A stretch of 64,000 nucleotides of DNA. Source: an archaeon (GTDB taxonomy: Archaea > Aenigmatarchaeota > Aenigmatarchaeia > Aenigmatarchaeales > JACQIB01). The notes below the pieces were generated by a model, which was given only the letters and a program-made list of their open reading frames with translations, had not been told where the DNA came from and ran no database searches. Positions 1 to 9,958 of this stretch are shown piece by piece. Position 1 is the stretch's first letter, and each line of letters opens with the position of its first letter. Made by a program: the position numbers and the translations under genes. The stretch spans positions 490,765-554,764 of the forward strand of contig DATDSO010000004.1 in assembly GCA_035291225.1 (NCBI GenBank). The letters are read 5' to 3'.

Positions 1-559
1 CGCCCTCCAAATTTGGCGACGAGCGCATGTAAATTATCATGTAAAGAATTGCAAGAACCGTGTCCGCCGACATGCGCGCCAAAATCACTCGGCCCTTATA
101 GTTAGGATAACTATAAGTGTAATAGGTTGCAGACAAACCGAATATCAAAACAAATATTATGAAAGCTGATCCGAGATTGAGAATAACAGACATTAATGTT
201 AGAAACATTACAAATAGAAGCACGATTATTGTGAGCGAGAAAACTCCTGTCGGAGTCGCAACCATGTAAGCAGATTTTATATCTTCATCTATTTTTTTAT
301 AATCATCTACAGACGGGCGTACATTCAAGAGCTTTCCGGAGAATGCGGTCGCTTTTTCATAAAATCCTACAGGCTTCTGGCGGACATCTTTTAGAAATTC
401 TGTATACTCTTTTGGTCTCACAGTGGCTTTCCCTGCTTTTGGCAAGCCGAACGATGGCCTAGAAGAAATTATTTTTTGCAGCTCAGATCTTCTTTCCTCT
501 GCTGCCTTTTTCTGCGCGTCCGCAAGCTTTTTTTTCTTATCATCGCCAAAAAGACCCAT
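1..559 (-). CDS. Type IV pilus/T2SS platform membrane protein (TadC/FlaJ/GspF-like), runs off the window edge
   Basis: Not in the ORF track. Hand translation from ATG at 559 gives MGLFGDDKKK..., two TM helices, then ...ILYMIIYMRSSPNLEG. Same strand as, and downstream of, the pilus ATPase. Confidence 0.7.
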   Translation of the reverse strand, partial: MGLFGDDKKKKLADAQKKAAEERRSELQKIISSRPSFGLPKAGKATVRPKEYTEFLKDVRQKPVGFYEKATAFSGKLLNVRPSVDDYKKIDEDIKSAYMVATPTGVFSLTIIVLLFVMFLTLMSVILNLGSAFIIFVLIFGLSATYYTYSYPNYKGRVILARMSADTVLAILYMIIYMRSSPNLEG

Positions 560-617
560 GGATAAGATTTGGTTGGCCAATTTAAAAAAGCTTTTTAAAT
601 CCCCCCCATAAATTCTC

Positions 618-1694
618 ATGAGAAAAATGCAAAATCATTTTATTGCTCTATTGCTTTTGGGAATTGTGCTGATTGCGGGGTGCACAAATACACAAATCGA
701 CGCCTTTCTAAAAGCTTATCCAGCAGCAAAAGCTTTTACTGACCAATATCCAAATGCTAAAATCAATACAGTGCTTGTGGACCAAAAAACTACTGTAGCT
801 CAATTAATTGACATTTCAAAAGAGTGCGGCGTCATCCCATTTTCAGATTACTATAAATCTGTAATAGATGATGTGGAAAGCAATACAAAACTCACAGTGT
901 GGATGGACGCAAAAACATACAAAATAGTTTGCGTAGTAAAAGATAGGATTGGCATTAAGACAATTATTGCTGCCGCGCCTACAACAACTTCTACTGTTAC
1001 ATCATCGCCCCCTCTTCAAACAACATCAACTATTCCGGCAGCCACAACAACTGTTCCTCAAACAACATCAACTGTTACAATAACCGGAGCCACAACAACA
1101 ACTGTAACAACTTCTTCCGGAGCCACAACAACTTCTACTATTTCATCAACAACTTCAACTGCCGGCACTGGATTAACGACAGTAACAACAAAACCTTCAA
1201 CAACTACAACAATCCCAGAGGGAAATGGTAGCGGTGAGTGCCGTATTAGCGGCGTTATAAATGTTAGAAAAATATTTTTAGATATTATAAAATATTATCC
1301 ACCAACTGCTAATTATGCTTTGGACACACAGCGCGAGAACGATGCTATTTCAACCATAAAAAAATTCTGCACAGAAGAGATTTTTGCTCAGCTTCAAGCT
1401 GAGTTATGTTCCAAATATTCCGGTGGATATTTTCATAGAAATTTTCTAACATATAAAAGTGACGGCAGTTATTGGATATCAATGTCAGAACCGTCTCGTT
1501 CTTGTAGCAGCGCAACAACTTCAACTGCTACAACACAATCAGGTGTGACAACTTTTACATATCAAACAACCACGACAACAAAACCGGCAGGAACTACAAC
1601 AACTGTTGGCGGCACTGCAACAACTACAACAGCACCAGCTCAAACAACAACCACAATTTCCGGCGGCATAACAACTACATCAACAACGCCGTAG
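618..1694 (+). CDS. Thr-rich (mucin-like) surface lipoprotein
   Basis: Signal peptide ending in a lipobox (LIAGC); two long Thr/Ser tracts flanking a small Cys-containing domain. Confidence 0.75.
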   Translation: MRKMQNHFIALLLLGIVLIAGCTNTQIDAFLKAYPAAKAFTDQYPNAKINTVLVDQKTTVAQLIDISKECGVIPFSDYYKSVIDDVESNTKLTVWMDAKTYKIVCVVKDRIGIKTIIAAAPTTTSTVTSSPPLQTTSTIPAATTTVPQTTSTVTITGATTTTVTTSSGATTTSTISSTTSTAGTGLTTVTTKPSTTTTIPEGNGSGECRISGVINVRKIFLDIIKYYPPTANYALDTQRENDAISTIKKFCTEEIFAQLQAELCSKYSGGYFHRNFLTYKSDGSYWISMSEPSRSCSSATTSTATTQSGVTTFTYQTTTTTKPAGTTTTVGGTATTTTAPAQTTTTISGGITTTSTTP

Positions 1695-1719
1695 AATTTT
1701 TAAGACATAATTAGTCTGT

Positions 1720-3957
1720 TTACACTTTCGCGATTTTTTTGAACCAATCAGACCATTCGGAATAAACTCTATCAGGCACGACTTCGCCAACTTCTTTCCT
1801 AATTTTCTCAGAAATTAAATTGAACTGCTGGTTCGAGGCCACGATAGTTTCAGCTTCCAGCAGATCTTTTTTTCCGGTCTGGTTTGCGATGTCAACAATC
1901 GTTTTCAGAATTTTCGCGCGCAGATTGATATTATCCCATACGGCATCCCAGCGGCCTGCCCAACCCGGAACTCGGCGCGCAATTTCATTCAGAATTATTG
2001 ATTCGCCATTAAGAAAAACATCTGTTGGTTTCAAGGTGTCTTCTTTGCTGGAATATTCAAGCAAGTTTACAAAACCATGCTCTTCAACAGGATCTTTCTG
2101 CCAGTGCTTGCGCACTTCTGTAACTTCGACTACCCGCCTCATCGAGCGCAGGCCATCAGACGAGCGGATTTTATTTGCTACTACAACCAAATCAGTTGCC
2201 TTGAAACTTGTAGCAGGCACATTCAAGTCATTTACAACTCTGTCGAAAACCCCGTAAGCAGATTCGCCGTGGATAGTTCCTGCGACGATATTTGCAAGCG
2301 CACCAACACGCATTGCTTCGAACAGGGCTTTTGCTTCGGTGCTTCTTATTTCGCCGATGAAAAGACACGAGTCGCCTAAACGCAAAGCTGTCCTTATTGC
2401 ATCCTCTGCTGAAAGCTCGACTTCAACATGTGTTATCACGGAGCGCGATTTCAACCGTTCAATGTTGTAGCCTAAATTTCTCAGAGCTTCAACCGGCAAT
2501 TCGAGTGTATCTTCGCTTGTGATAATTCTGTAGTATGGAATCACTTGCAACATCAAACTTCCGAGAACAGAAGTTTTTCCTGCGCCTCTTGTTCCGGCAA
2601 TCAAAATAGTTCTCCCATAAGAAGTGAAAAACCACATCAGCCCTGCGAAGAGCGGATTGAACATGCCCTCGTTTATGAAAAGTGGAAAAGTCCATGGCCT
2701 GAATCTATGCCTTCTCAAAGCGAAAGCTAAACCTTCTGGGGAAAGCGTGGGACCGATTGCAGCGACTCTTGCAACGCCGCCCGGCACAGAGACCTCTGTG
2801 TCAAGCACAGGATTCGCTTCGTCCAAGGGGCGGCCGCTCAAAAGTTTGAAACGTGTCGCCCACCTATCTCCGTCGATTTTTGTTGGAACAAGATTTGTTT
2901 CACATTCATCAAATTTCTGATGCAAAACAAAAATTGGCTGTTTTCCGAGGGGGCTGTTTATGTTAATGTCTTGGATATTTTCATCTGCAAGCATAAGTTC
3001 AATAACCCCCAGACCAACTGTATATCGAGTGAGAATTTCCGCCATGTTTTCAATTTTTTCCTCGCTAATCTCAATTTTTCGGAGATCTGACAAATCTCTG
3101 AGAAGTTCGACAGAAACAAGTTTTATTATTTCTCTCGCGCGCTGCTGGTCTTTCATTTCAAGTTCGGCGGGTTTTCTCTGCTCGAGCGCGCGGCGGGCAT
3201 CATCAAGCAAAGTATACTCTGCTTCTGAAAGTTTGAACTCCGGCGGAGTCACCATGTAGTATGGCCTAACTTTCCCCGGAACACGAAAAATTTCAATTGT
3301 AGCATCTGCAACATTATATTTGGAAATAATTTCCCCTGAGGGCGGCTTTGTCAAATATTTTGTGTACATAAAATTCGGGCGCACAATCGGATGGAAAAAT
3401 TTTCTGTAAACCGACCGGTCGCCAATATTGTAGCCAGTCATATCGTCTTTTGAGAGAGAAACAAGTTTTGTATTTTCCAGAATTTCCTGTATCTGCTGCA
3501 ATGTCAATAGAAATTTTTTTGCGAAAACTTTTTGGCTTTCAGGAATTTTTCCCATCAGAATATTCAGATGTCTCACTTCTCGGACTAAATTTACGTAAGC
3601 GCCAACAGGATCTCCGCGCAGCTGGAAAGCAATTGTGTTATAAAGCCACGGATACCACTGCGGAAAAAATCTCGTTGCATCAGGTCCACCCACGGAATTA
3701 ACAGAAACAAGCTTGCGCTCGCGCATAATTTCTGTAATCGAATCCGCGATTTCTGCAAGCATTTCTGTCTGGTCAGAATCGTATTCATATTCCCGTGTTT
3801 CAACAAGAATTATTGTGCTGACCTTCCGCTCCGCAAGAATCTTGTCAATTACCTGCGCCATCACGACATCAGAATCTTCAATACTCGCGCCGAAAATCGC
3901 CCCCATCGCATCTATGCGCATTACACCCTCCTTGATTTCTATGACATCGTAGACCAT
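1720..3957 (-). CDS. Type IV pilus/secretion ATPase (VirB11/TadA/FlaI family)
   Basis: Walker A GTRGAGKT, EDTLEL Asp box, LRLGDSCLFIGEIR Walker B, GTIHG His box. Confidence 0.92.
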   Translation of the reverse strand: MVYDVIEIKEGVMRIDAMGAIFGASIEDSDVVMAQVIDKILAERKVSTIILVETREYEYDSDQTEMLAEIADSITEIMRERKLVSVNSVGGPDATRFFPQWYPWLYNTIAFQLRGDPVGAYVNLVREVRHLNILMGKIPESQKVFAKKFLLTLQQIQEILENTKLVSLSKDDMTGYNIGDRSVYRKFFHPIVRPNFMYTKYLTKPPSGEIISKYNVADATIEIFRVPGKVRPYYMVTPPEFKLSEAEYTLLDDARRALEQRKPAELEMKDQQRAREIIKLVSVELLRDLSDLRKIEISEEKIENMAEILTRYTVGLGVIELMLADENIQDININSPLGKQPIFVLHQKFDECETNLVPTKIDGDRWATRFKLLSGRPLDEANPVLDTEVSVPGGVARVAAIGPTLSPEGLAFALRRHRFRPWTFPLFINEGMFNPLFAGLMWFFTSYGRTILIAGTRGAGKTSVLGSLMLQVIPYYRIITSEDTLELPVEALRNLGYNIERLKSRSVITHVEVELSAEDAIRTALRLGDSCLFIGEIRSTEAKALFEAMRVGALANIVAGTIHGESAYGVFDRVVNDLNVPATSFKATDLVVVANKIRSSDGLRSMRRVVEVTEVRKHWQKDPVEEHGFVNLLEYSSKEDTLKPTDVFLNGESIILNEIARRVPGWAGRWDAVWDNINLRAKILKTIVDIANQTGKKDLLEAETIVASNQQFNLISEKIRKEVGEVVPDRVYSEWSDWFKKIAKV

Positions 3958-4013
3958 AACTTCCCCATAATTATTACGTCCGCATTTTTAAATAAAAGAA
4001 TTCAAGTGAATTT

Positions 4014-4406
4014 ATGCCCGATGCTGACCTGCAAACAATAATAAATGAAGCTTTCCGGCGGCTGAATGAGGCAGGCAGACGCTTGCGCACCCTAGAAGAA
4101 AGATTCGCTTTGATAGAAACAAACATTTCCAATGATAAGGATGTAATAATAAAAAACCAAACAGAGACGAACGCATCTGTTTCAAAAATTTTCGAACAGC
4201 TTGATGATCTTGGCGAACGCATCCGCTCGGTTGAAAACGAAATGGTTCGAATAAATAAAGTTCTCGAGAAGACCGCCAGAAAGACTGAGGTGGAGGAACT
4301 TCGCGGAACGATTTCTCTTTTCAGCCCATTCAGCTCGAAATTTGTGACAGAAGGCGATGTAAAGAAAATTATGGAAAAAGCTGCTTCTGGCGAAAAAGAG
4401 GAATAA
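4014..4406 (+). CDS. Coiled-coil protein, probably pilus-locus associated
   Basis: Heptad-rich 130-aa ORF divergent from the ATPase. Confidence 0.7.
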   Translation: MPDADLQTIINEAFRRLNEAGRRLRTLEERFALIETNISNDKDVIIKNQTETNASVSKIFEQLDDLGERIRSVENEMVRINKVLEKTARKTEVEELRGTISLFSPFSSKFVTEGDVKKIMEKAASGEKEE

Positions 4407-4438
4407 ACGTTTTTAAATAGCCTTTTTCAATTTCTGAT

Positions 4439-5212
4439 ATGGCAGAGTACATCCCAACAGATATAGTTCAAAAACTTTCCGCCACAGGAAAATCTGAACA
4501 AGAGATTGCGGCCGAGCTCCGCCTTCGCGGTTTCACTCCATCTCAAATTGATAAAGCTTTGAAAGAAGCAATTAAAATTGAAGTTTCGGGCCCGCAACCT
4601 TTGGGTATGGGGCCGGAGCCTGCACCGCCAGCCCCTTCTTCGAAAAAAGGCTCTCCAGAAATTTCAGCTGGTCAGCAAAGAGCAGAAATTTCAAGACATC
4701 CGGCGCCGCCAGTTCCTCCCGCGCCCAGGCAGCCAATGAGAGCAGTTGAGCAATTACCAATTCAGCCAATGGCGGGCCCTATGGGTGAGCCTCCTGAAAA
4801 AGTTAGAGTGCCAATTGAGCTGAAGCCTGTTGAAATTTCTGAAAATCCGCTTGCAAGGCAATTTGGATCAACACAGCCATCTACAGAAATTTCTCTTGAA
4901 GAATTGGTTGAGGCAATTGTAAATGAGCGCTGGGTTAAATTTGAAGAAAAGCTTTCAATTTTCGATAAAAGAGATTTGAATTTGCAACAACAGATTCAGG
5001 ATATGAAAAAGCAGATTGATGAGCTTGGTCAGCAGCGCGAGAAGGAAGAAAAAATGTTTATGGAAAAATTAGAGGAGTTCGGCGACGGGATTGAAAAAAC
5101 ACAATCAAGGATTGGTTCGATAGAAGGGGCGTTCAAAGAGTTTGTTCCAACTCTTGCTGAAAATGTAAAAAGCCTTGCTGATGTCGTTGACAGATTGAAA
5201 AAATCGAAATAA
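4439..5212 (+). CDS. Pro-rich/coiled-coil protein, probably pilus-locus associated
   Basis: Small N-terminal helical domain, Pro-rich linker, EELVEAIVNERW followed by a coiled coil. Confidence 0.7.
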   Translation: MAEYIPTDIVQKLSATGKSEQEIAAELRLRGFTPSQIDKALKEAIKIEVSGPQPLGMGPEPAPPAPSSKKGSPEISAGQQRAEISRHPAPPVPPAPRQPMRAVEQLPIQPMAGPMGEPPEKVRVPIELKPVEISENPLARQFGSTQPSTEISLEELVEAIVNERWVKFEEKLSIFDKRDLNLQQQIQDMKKQIDELGQQREKEEKMFMEKLEEFGDGIEKTQSRIGSIEGAFKEFVPTLAENVKSLADVVDRLKKSK

Positions 5213-5222
5213 TTCAAAATTT

Positions 5223-5933
5223 CTAGCTCCTGTCTAAAATTCTTCTCAATGGTTTCGGCGCGGCTTCTCTCATGGAAACAGCACCGTATCCAAATGCAGA
5301 TTGCGCCTGCCTGCCTTCATAACCAAATCCTTCATGGTCTTCTTCTCCGCCTCCGCTATATTCCCCGCCGCTCATTGCACCGCTTGCGTATCCTATCAAA
5401 GTCGGTTTTTCAGAGCTTGGTGTTCCATAGACTCCACTACCTTTTCCTGACTGCGGCTGGCCATAAGTTAAGTTCACGGTCTTCATGATTTCAGAAGGAA
5501 TCTGCGCGAGTTGCCCGACAGAAAGTTGGGAGTCGGCCAGGCACGACCAATTAATTATCGCTTCGCTTATGTTAGCGCGCATCAGATCGCTTTTGCACAA
5601 ATGCGCCCACATCAAATTTGCCTTATGAAAATTTGTATTTTCAAAAATCGCGCCAGTAAAAATTGCCCACTCGAGATTTGATTTTTCAAAATTGGTCTCG
5701 CGTAAAATCGTCCCTTTGAATTGGCATCTTGCCAGATTTGCGGAAGAAAAATCTGCTTCTGAAAGATCAGAGCCGGAGAAATTCGAATTGCTCAAATTAG
5801 AACCGGAAAAATTTATTTTGCTTAAATTCATTCCAGTAAAATCAACATTCTGCAGAACTATATTTGAGAAATTCTTTTCTCCTGAGCGAAGCTTTTCCGA
5901 GAAATCATTCATTGACAGAGATGTTTTTTCCAT
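5223..5933 (-). CDS. Pentapeptide-repeat protein with Gly/Tyr-rich tail
   Basis: Runs of (A/S)(D/N)(L/F)xx repeats, e.g. SNLSN SNFSG SDLSE ADFSS ANLAR. Confidence 0.9.
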   Translation of the reverse strand: MEKTSLSMNDFSEKLRSGEKNFSNIVLQNVDFTGMNLSKINFSGSNLSNSNFSGSDLSEADFSSANLARCQFKGTILRETNFEKSNLEWAIFTGAIFENTNFHKANLMWAHLCKSDLMRANISEAIINWSCLADSQLSVGQLAQIPSEIMKTVNLTYGQPQSGKGSGVYGTPSSEKPTLIGYASGAMSGGEYSGGGEEDHEGFGYEGRQAQSAFGYGAVSMREAAPKPLRRILDRS

Positions 5934-5955
5934 AACCCGTTTATGGCTTTTAGAT

Positions 5956-6669
5956 TTAAGAAGACTGTCTTTCTAGAAATGGCTTCACACTTTCCATGAA
6001 AGCTGTTCCGGTTCTATATGTTCTAACCAATCCTCTAGAAAACCCGTAAAGCAAATCCAATCTTTGGGCAGCTTTCAAATCACGGCCTTCAAGCTCTTTA
6101 TAAAAACCAATCAAATCTTCTCCCATGTCTAAATATCTGGGGATTATTGAAACTCCTTCTGCTTCCATACCTCGGCCAGCCTGATCGTAAACAAACATGG
6201 CTGCCGCAACGCGGTGCATACAAACTCCCGGAAGAGTTTTAATGCCTTGCTGAAAGAATCCATCTTCGCATGCATGCGCAGGAATTTTTGTAGTTCCGCC
6301 TCTTTTTTTGTAATTTATTTCGCCACCTACATCTCTTATTTCATAAACTTTTCTTCCGATTAGTGCTCTATGGATAGCTTCAACCTCTTCATCTGGAACT
6401 TTTGTCAGCAAAACTCCAACAAAATATTTTTGCCCGTCCCTGCTCGCGGAATCTACATTAACTGTAACAGGCCATTGTTCATCGTCTAACTGCAGAGAAG
6501 GATTCCATCCTATTTTGACTTTCCCGGTTTCACATAAAAGCTGGCCGCGTATCATTCTGTCTATCAAACCATAATCGGTAATCATATCTGGATTCAGCCC
6601 ATGCAGCCGAATTACTTCCCAAATTTGCCTTCTTGTGTTTAGGCTGATTGAATGCGCATTGCGTGGCAT
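5956..6669 (-). CDS. Hypothetical protein with SWIM-like Zn finger
   Basis: HAC...VCMHRVAA resembles the SWIM CxC...CxH motif. Confidence 0.55.
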   Translation of the reverse strand: MPRNAHSISLNTRRQIWEVIRLHGLNPDMITDYGLIDRMIRGQLLCETGKVKIGWNPSLQLDDEQWPVTVNVDSASRDGQKYFVGVLLTKVPDEEVEAIHRALIGRKVYEIRDVGGEINYKKRGGTTKIPAHACEDGFFQQGIKTLPGVCMHRVAAAMFVYDQAGRGMEAEGVSIIPRYLDMGEDLIGFYKELEGRDLKAAQRLDLLYGFSRGLVRTYRTGTAFMESVKPFLERQSS

Positions 6670-6721
6670 TAAAATTCCTTTGGGTTAAGATTTTTAAATG
6701 CATAGATTCATGAAATTAATT

Positions 6722-6829
6722 ATGCCCAACCCAGAAGTTTTCGAGCGCGGCAGGCGCAAGAAAAAAACTTTGCGGCGCAAGCACGGCGCTTGGAGGAAAT
6801 ATGGGGTTTTGAAGGATTCGACAACTTGA
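6722..6829 (+). CDS. Small very basic peptide (35 aa)
   Basis: MPNPEVFERGRRKKKTLRRKHGAWRKYGVLKDSTT; TTTTTAAA about 30 nt upstream; below the ORF-track cutoff. Confidence 0.4.
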   Translation: MPNPEVFERGRRKKKTLRRKHGAWRKYGVLKDSTT

Positions 6830-6955
6830 CAGCTTTTTAAATCTTAAATGTAAATCAAAGATGATTCAAATGTCGCAGAAAACTCTTTCAAGCAAAGTTC
6901 TTTTAAATGGCGGCAATAATAATTTCTAGGCTCAGAATTTTTCTGAGGTGTTTCT

Positions 6956-7234
6956 ATGGATACGCAAACAGTAAAACATATTTCACGGCTCGCCCGCCTG
7001 AACCTAACAGAGGAAGAGGTAGGGAAATTCTCAAAAGAAATTTCTGAAATTTTGAAAAGTTTCGAAATTTTGAACAAAGCAGATGTTTCAAAAGTTGAGC
7101 CATCATTTCATCCAATAGAGATTGAAGGGGCAATGCGCGAGGATAAACCTGAAAAGTGCTTGCCCGCAGAAACCGCGCTCGCAAACGTGCGCACGCGCGA
7201 GAAAAATTTTATCAAAGGTCCGAGGGCGGTTTGA
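6956..7234 (+). CDS. gatC: Asp/Glu-tRNA amidotransferase subunit C
   Basis: VKHISRLARLNLTEEE...MREDKP...FIKGPRAV; first gene of the gatCAB operon. Confidence 0.93.
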   Translation: MDTQTVKHISRLARLNLTEEEVGKFSKEISEILKSFEILNKADVSKVEPSFHPIEIEGAMREDKPEKCLPAETALANVRTREKNFIKGPRAV

Positions 7235-8530
7235 ATGATGGAAAAAGTTTTGCAGGAGGCACGCGAGCTGGATAAAAAATTTGGATTTTTTATTTCTATA
7301 AATGAAAGCGCAAGCGAAGGCCAACCAATAGCAGTGAAAGACAACATTTGCACAGCTGGCTTGCGCACAACAGCTGGCTCAAAAATTTTGGAAAATTATG
7401 TGCCGCCGTTTGATGCAACTGTTATCGCTCGCTTGAAAAAATCTGGTTTTTCAGTAATTGGAAAAACCGCGATGGACGAATTCGGTTTTGGGACTTTCTC
7501 TGCAAACTGCGCGTACAAAATTCCAAAAAACCCGTACAATCCGCAGCGCGCATGCGGTGGCTCTTCTGGAGGGAGCGCGGGCTATATCGCTGCTTCAAAA
7601 TTCACGCGCGCCGCGCTCGCGCAATCAACAGGCGGCTCGATTTCCTGTCCTGCAAGCTTTTGTGGAGTTGTGGGGCTAACGCCAACTTACGGCCTTGTCA
7701 GCAGATGTGGTTTAATTGATTATGGAAATTCTCTTGACAAAATTGGAGTTATCGGAAAAAATGTTTCTGATTGCACAGACGTTTTAGCAATTATTGCCGG
7801 TCATGATGAGCGAGATTCCACAACAGTTGAAATAAAAAAACTTCCTGAAGTTGAAGTCCCGAAAAAAATAAAAATTGGCGTTCCGAAAGAATATTTTTCT
7901 GAAGGTGTTGATGGAAAAATTTCAAAGCTTGTCTGGCAAACGATTAAAAAATTTGAAAGCGAGGGCGCGAGCTACGAAGAAATTTCCTTGTCAACAACAA
8001 GATTCGCTCTCGCCTCCTACTACATAATTGCGATGTGCGAGGCTTCCACAAATCTTGCGAAGTTTTGCGGCCTGCGCTATGGACTCCAAGGAGAACCTGA
8101 GAGTAAAGGCTTCAACGAATATTTTTCAGAGATTCGCACGCAAGGATTTGGAGCAGAGGCAAAGCGCAGAATAATTTTAGGAACTTACGCGCGCGCAGCA
8201 GGATATCGCTACCAGTATTACTTGCGCGCGCTAAAAGTGCGCACGCTTGTGATAAATGATTTTAGGAAAGCTTTTAAAAAATTTGACTTACTTGCTGCGC
8301 CAACAATGCCTATTTTTCCCCCGAAATTTTCTGAAATTGAAAAAATGACTCCTGCGCAGATTTACGCAGCAGATGTTCTCACAGTCCCAGCAAACTTGGC
8401 AGGCATTCCACAGATAAGTTTGCCCTGCGGAAAAATAGGAAAATTGCCAGTTGGTTTGCATTTGCTCGGAGATCATTTTTCAGAGAGAAAAATAATTTCA
8501 TTCGCGCAAGGGGCTGAAAAGATTTTGTGA
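7235..8530 (+). CDS. gatA: Amidotransferase subunit A (amidase)
   Basis: AVKDNI, GGSSGGS and TGGSISCPA amidase signature; EAKRRIILGT. Confidence 0.95.
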   Translation: MMEKVLQEARELDKKFGFFISINESASEGQPIAVKDNICTAGLRTTAGSKILENYVPPFDATVIARLKKSGFSVIGKTAMDEFGFGTFSANCAYKIPKNPYNPQRACGGSSGGSAGYIAASKFTRAALAQSTGGSISCPASFCGVVGLTPTYGLVSRCGLIDYGNSLDKIGVIGKNVSDCTDVLAIIAGHDERDSTTVEIKKLPEVEVPKKIKIGVPKEYFSEGVDGKISKLVWQTIKKFESEGASYEEISLSTTRFALASYYIIAMCEASTNLAKFCGLRYGLQGEPESKGFNEYFSEIRTQGFGAEAKRRIILGTYARAAGYRYQYYLRALKVRTLVINDFRKAFKKFDLLAAPTMPIFPPKFSEIEKMTPAQIYAADVLTVPANLAGIPQISLPCGKIGKLPVGLHLLGDHFSERKIISFAQGAEKIL

Positions 8531-8535
8531 TAAAT

Positions 8536-9948
8536 ATGGAAGGAAAAATAAAAATTGGCTTGGAAACTCATGTACAATTAAACACGCGCACAAAACTTTT
8601 CTGCGGCTGCTCGCTTGAAAAGCTTTCAGAAGCAGAGCCAAATGCGCGCACATGTGAAACCTGCTTGGGAATGCCAGGCTCAAAACCGCGCTTGAACAAA
8701 GGAGCTGTTGAAGTTGGAATAAAAATCGCAACAGCTCTCGGCTGCAAGCTTCCGGCAAAAATGTTTTTTTCGCGAAAAATTTATCTCTATCCTGACATGA
8801 GCAAAAATTTTCAGATAACTCAGTATGAAATTCCGATTGCTTCCGCGGGCGCGGTGGAATCTGTTGATGAAACCGGAAAAAGAAAAATTGTGGAAATTTC
8901 TAGAATGAATTTAGAAGAAGATCCGGCGAAAATTCAGCACGTGGGCGGGAATATTACAACTGCACGCTATACTCTGATAGACTACAACCGCTCCGGAGTT
9001 CCATTGTGCGAAATTGTTACAGCCCCAATTTTCAAAAGCCCGCGTGAGGCGAGAATTTATTTGCAGAGGTTGATGGCAATCCTCCGCTACATTAATGCTT
9101 TTGTTGAAGATGAATTTGCTTTGAAGACAGATGCAAATATTTCTATTGAAGGCGGCGAGCGCGTTGAGGTAAAAAATATTACAGGCTTCCGCGAAGTTGA
9201 AAAAGCGCTTGCCTATGAAATTGTGCGCCAGCGCTCGCTTGTGAGGAAGGGGGAAAAAATCTCGCAGGAAACGCGCACGTGGGATGCGGACGCGAAAGTT
9301 ACGCGTCCCCTTAGGAAAAAAGAAACAGCAGAAGATTATGGATATATTTTTGAGCCAGATTTGCGCATGATTGCTTTGCAAAAAGAATGGATAGAAAAAA
9401 TCAGAAAAAATCTGCCCGAGCTTCCGCACCAGAAAGCTGAGCGTTACCAGAAAAATTTTAAGCTTTCAAAAGAACTCGCTGCTGCGCTCACAAGCGATTT
9501 AGAGGTCGCGCAGTCTTTTGAATCAGCGGCGAAAAAAGAAGATCCGCAATTGTGCGCGCGCTGGGTGGAGCTTTTGCGGAAAACTTTATTTCATAATGAT
9601 ATTTCGCTTGCTGAAACAAAATTAAAACTTGAGCAGTTTCTGGAACTTCTGCATTTGGTAAAGAAAAAATCTCTGGAGCCGCGCGCCGCAGAAATGATTT
9701 TGCGTGAAATAATTTTCACGCCAGATAAGTTTGACTCTCTTGTGAAAAAATATTCAAAATTATCAGAGAAGAATATTTCTGAAATAATTGCGAAGGTTCT
9801 GAGAGATGAAAAATCCGCGGTTGCTGCTTACAAAAGTGGCGACAAAAAAGTTTTGGATTTCTTGATAGGGCAGGTGCAGAAAGCTTCAGACTTGAGGACA
9901 GACGCAAAAGTTGTAAAAACACTGATAAAGAAAAAACTTGCGGGCTAA
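8536..9948 (+). CDS. gatB: Amidotransferase subunit B
   Basis: IGLETHVQLNT.TKLFC, IDYNRSGVPLCEI, RKKETAEDYGY; ATG at 8536 (track start 8527). Confidence 0.95.
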   Translation: MEGKIKIGLETHVQLNTRTKLFCGCSLEKLSEAEPNARTCETCLGMPGSKPRLNKGAVEVGIKIATALGCKLPAKMFFSRKIYLYPDMSKNFQITQYEIPIASAGAVESVDETGKRKIVEISRMNLEEDPAKIQHVGGNITTARYTLIDYNRSGVPLCEIVTAPIFKSPREARIYLQRLMAILRYINAFVEDEFALKTDANISIEGGERVEVKNITGFREVEKALAYEIVRQRSLVRKGEKISQETRTWDADAKVTRPLRKKETAEDYGYIFEPDLRMIALQKEWIEKIRKNLPELPHQKAERYQKNFKLSKELAAALTSDLEVAQSFESAAKKEDPQLCARWVELLRKTLFHNDISLAETKLKLEQFLELLHLVKKKSLEPRAAEMILREIIFTPDKFDSLVKKYSKLSEKNISEIIAKVLRDEKSAVAAYKSGDKKVLDFLIGQVQKASDLRTDAKVVKTLIKKKLAG

Positions 9949-9958
9949 GAATCAATAC

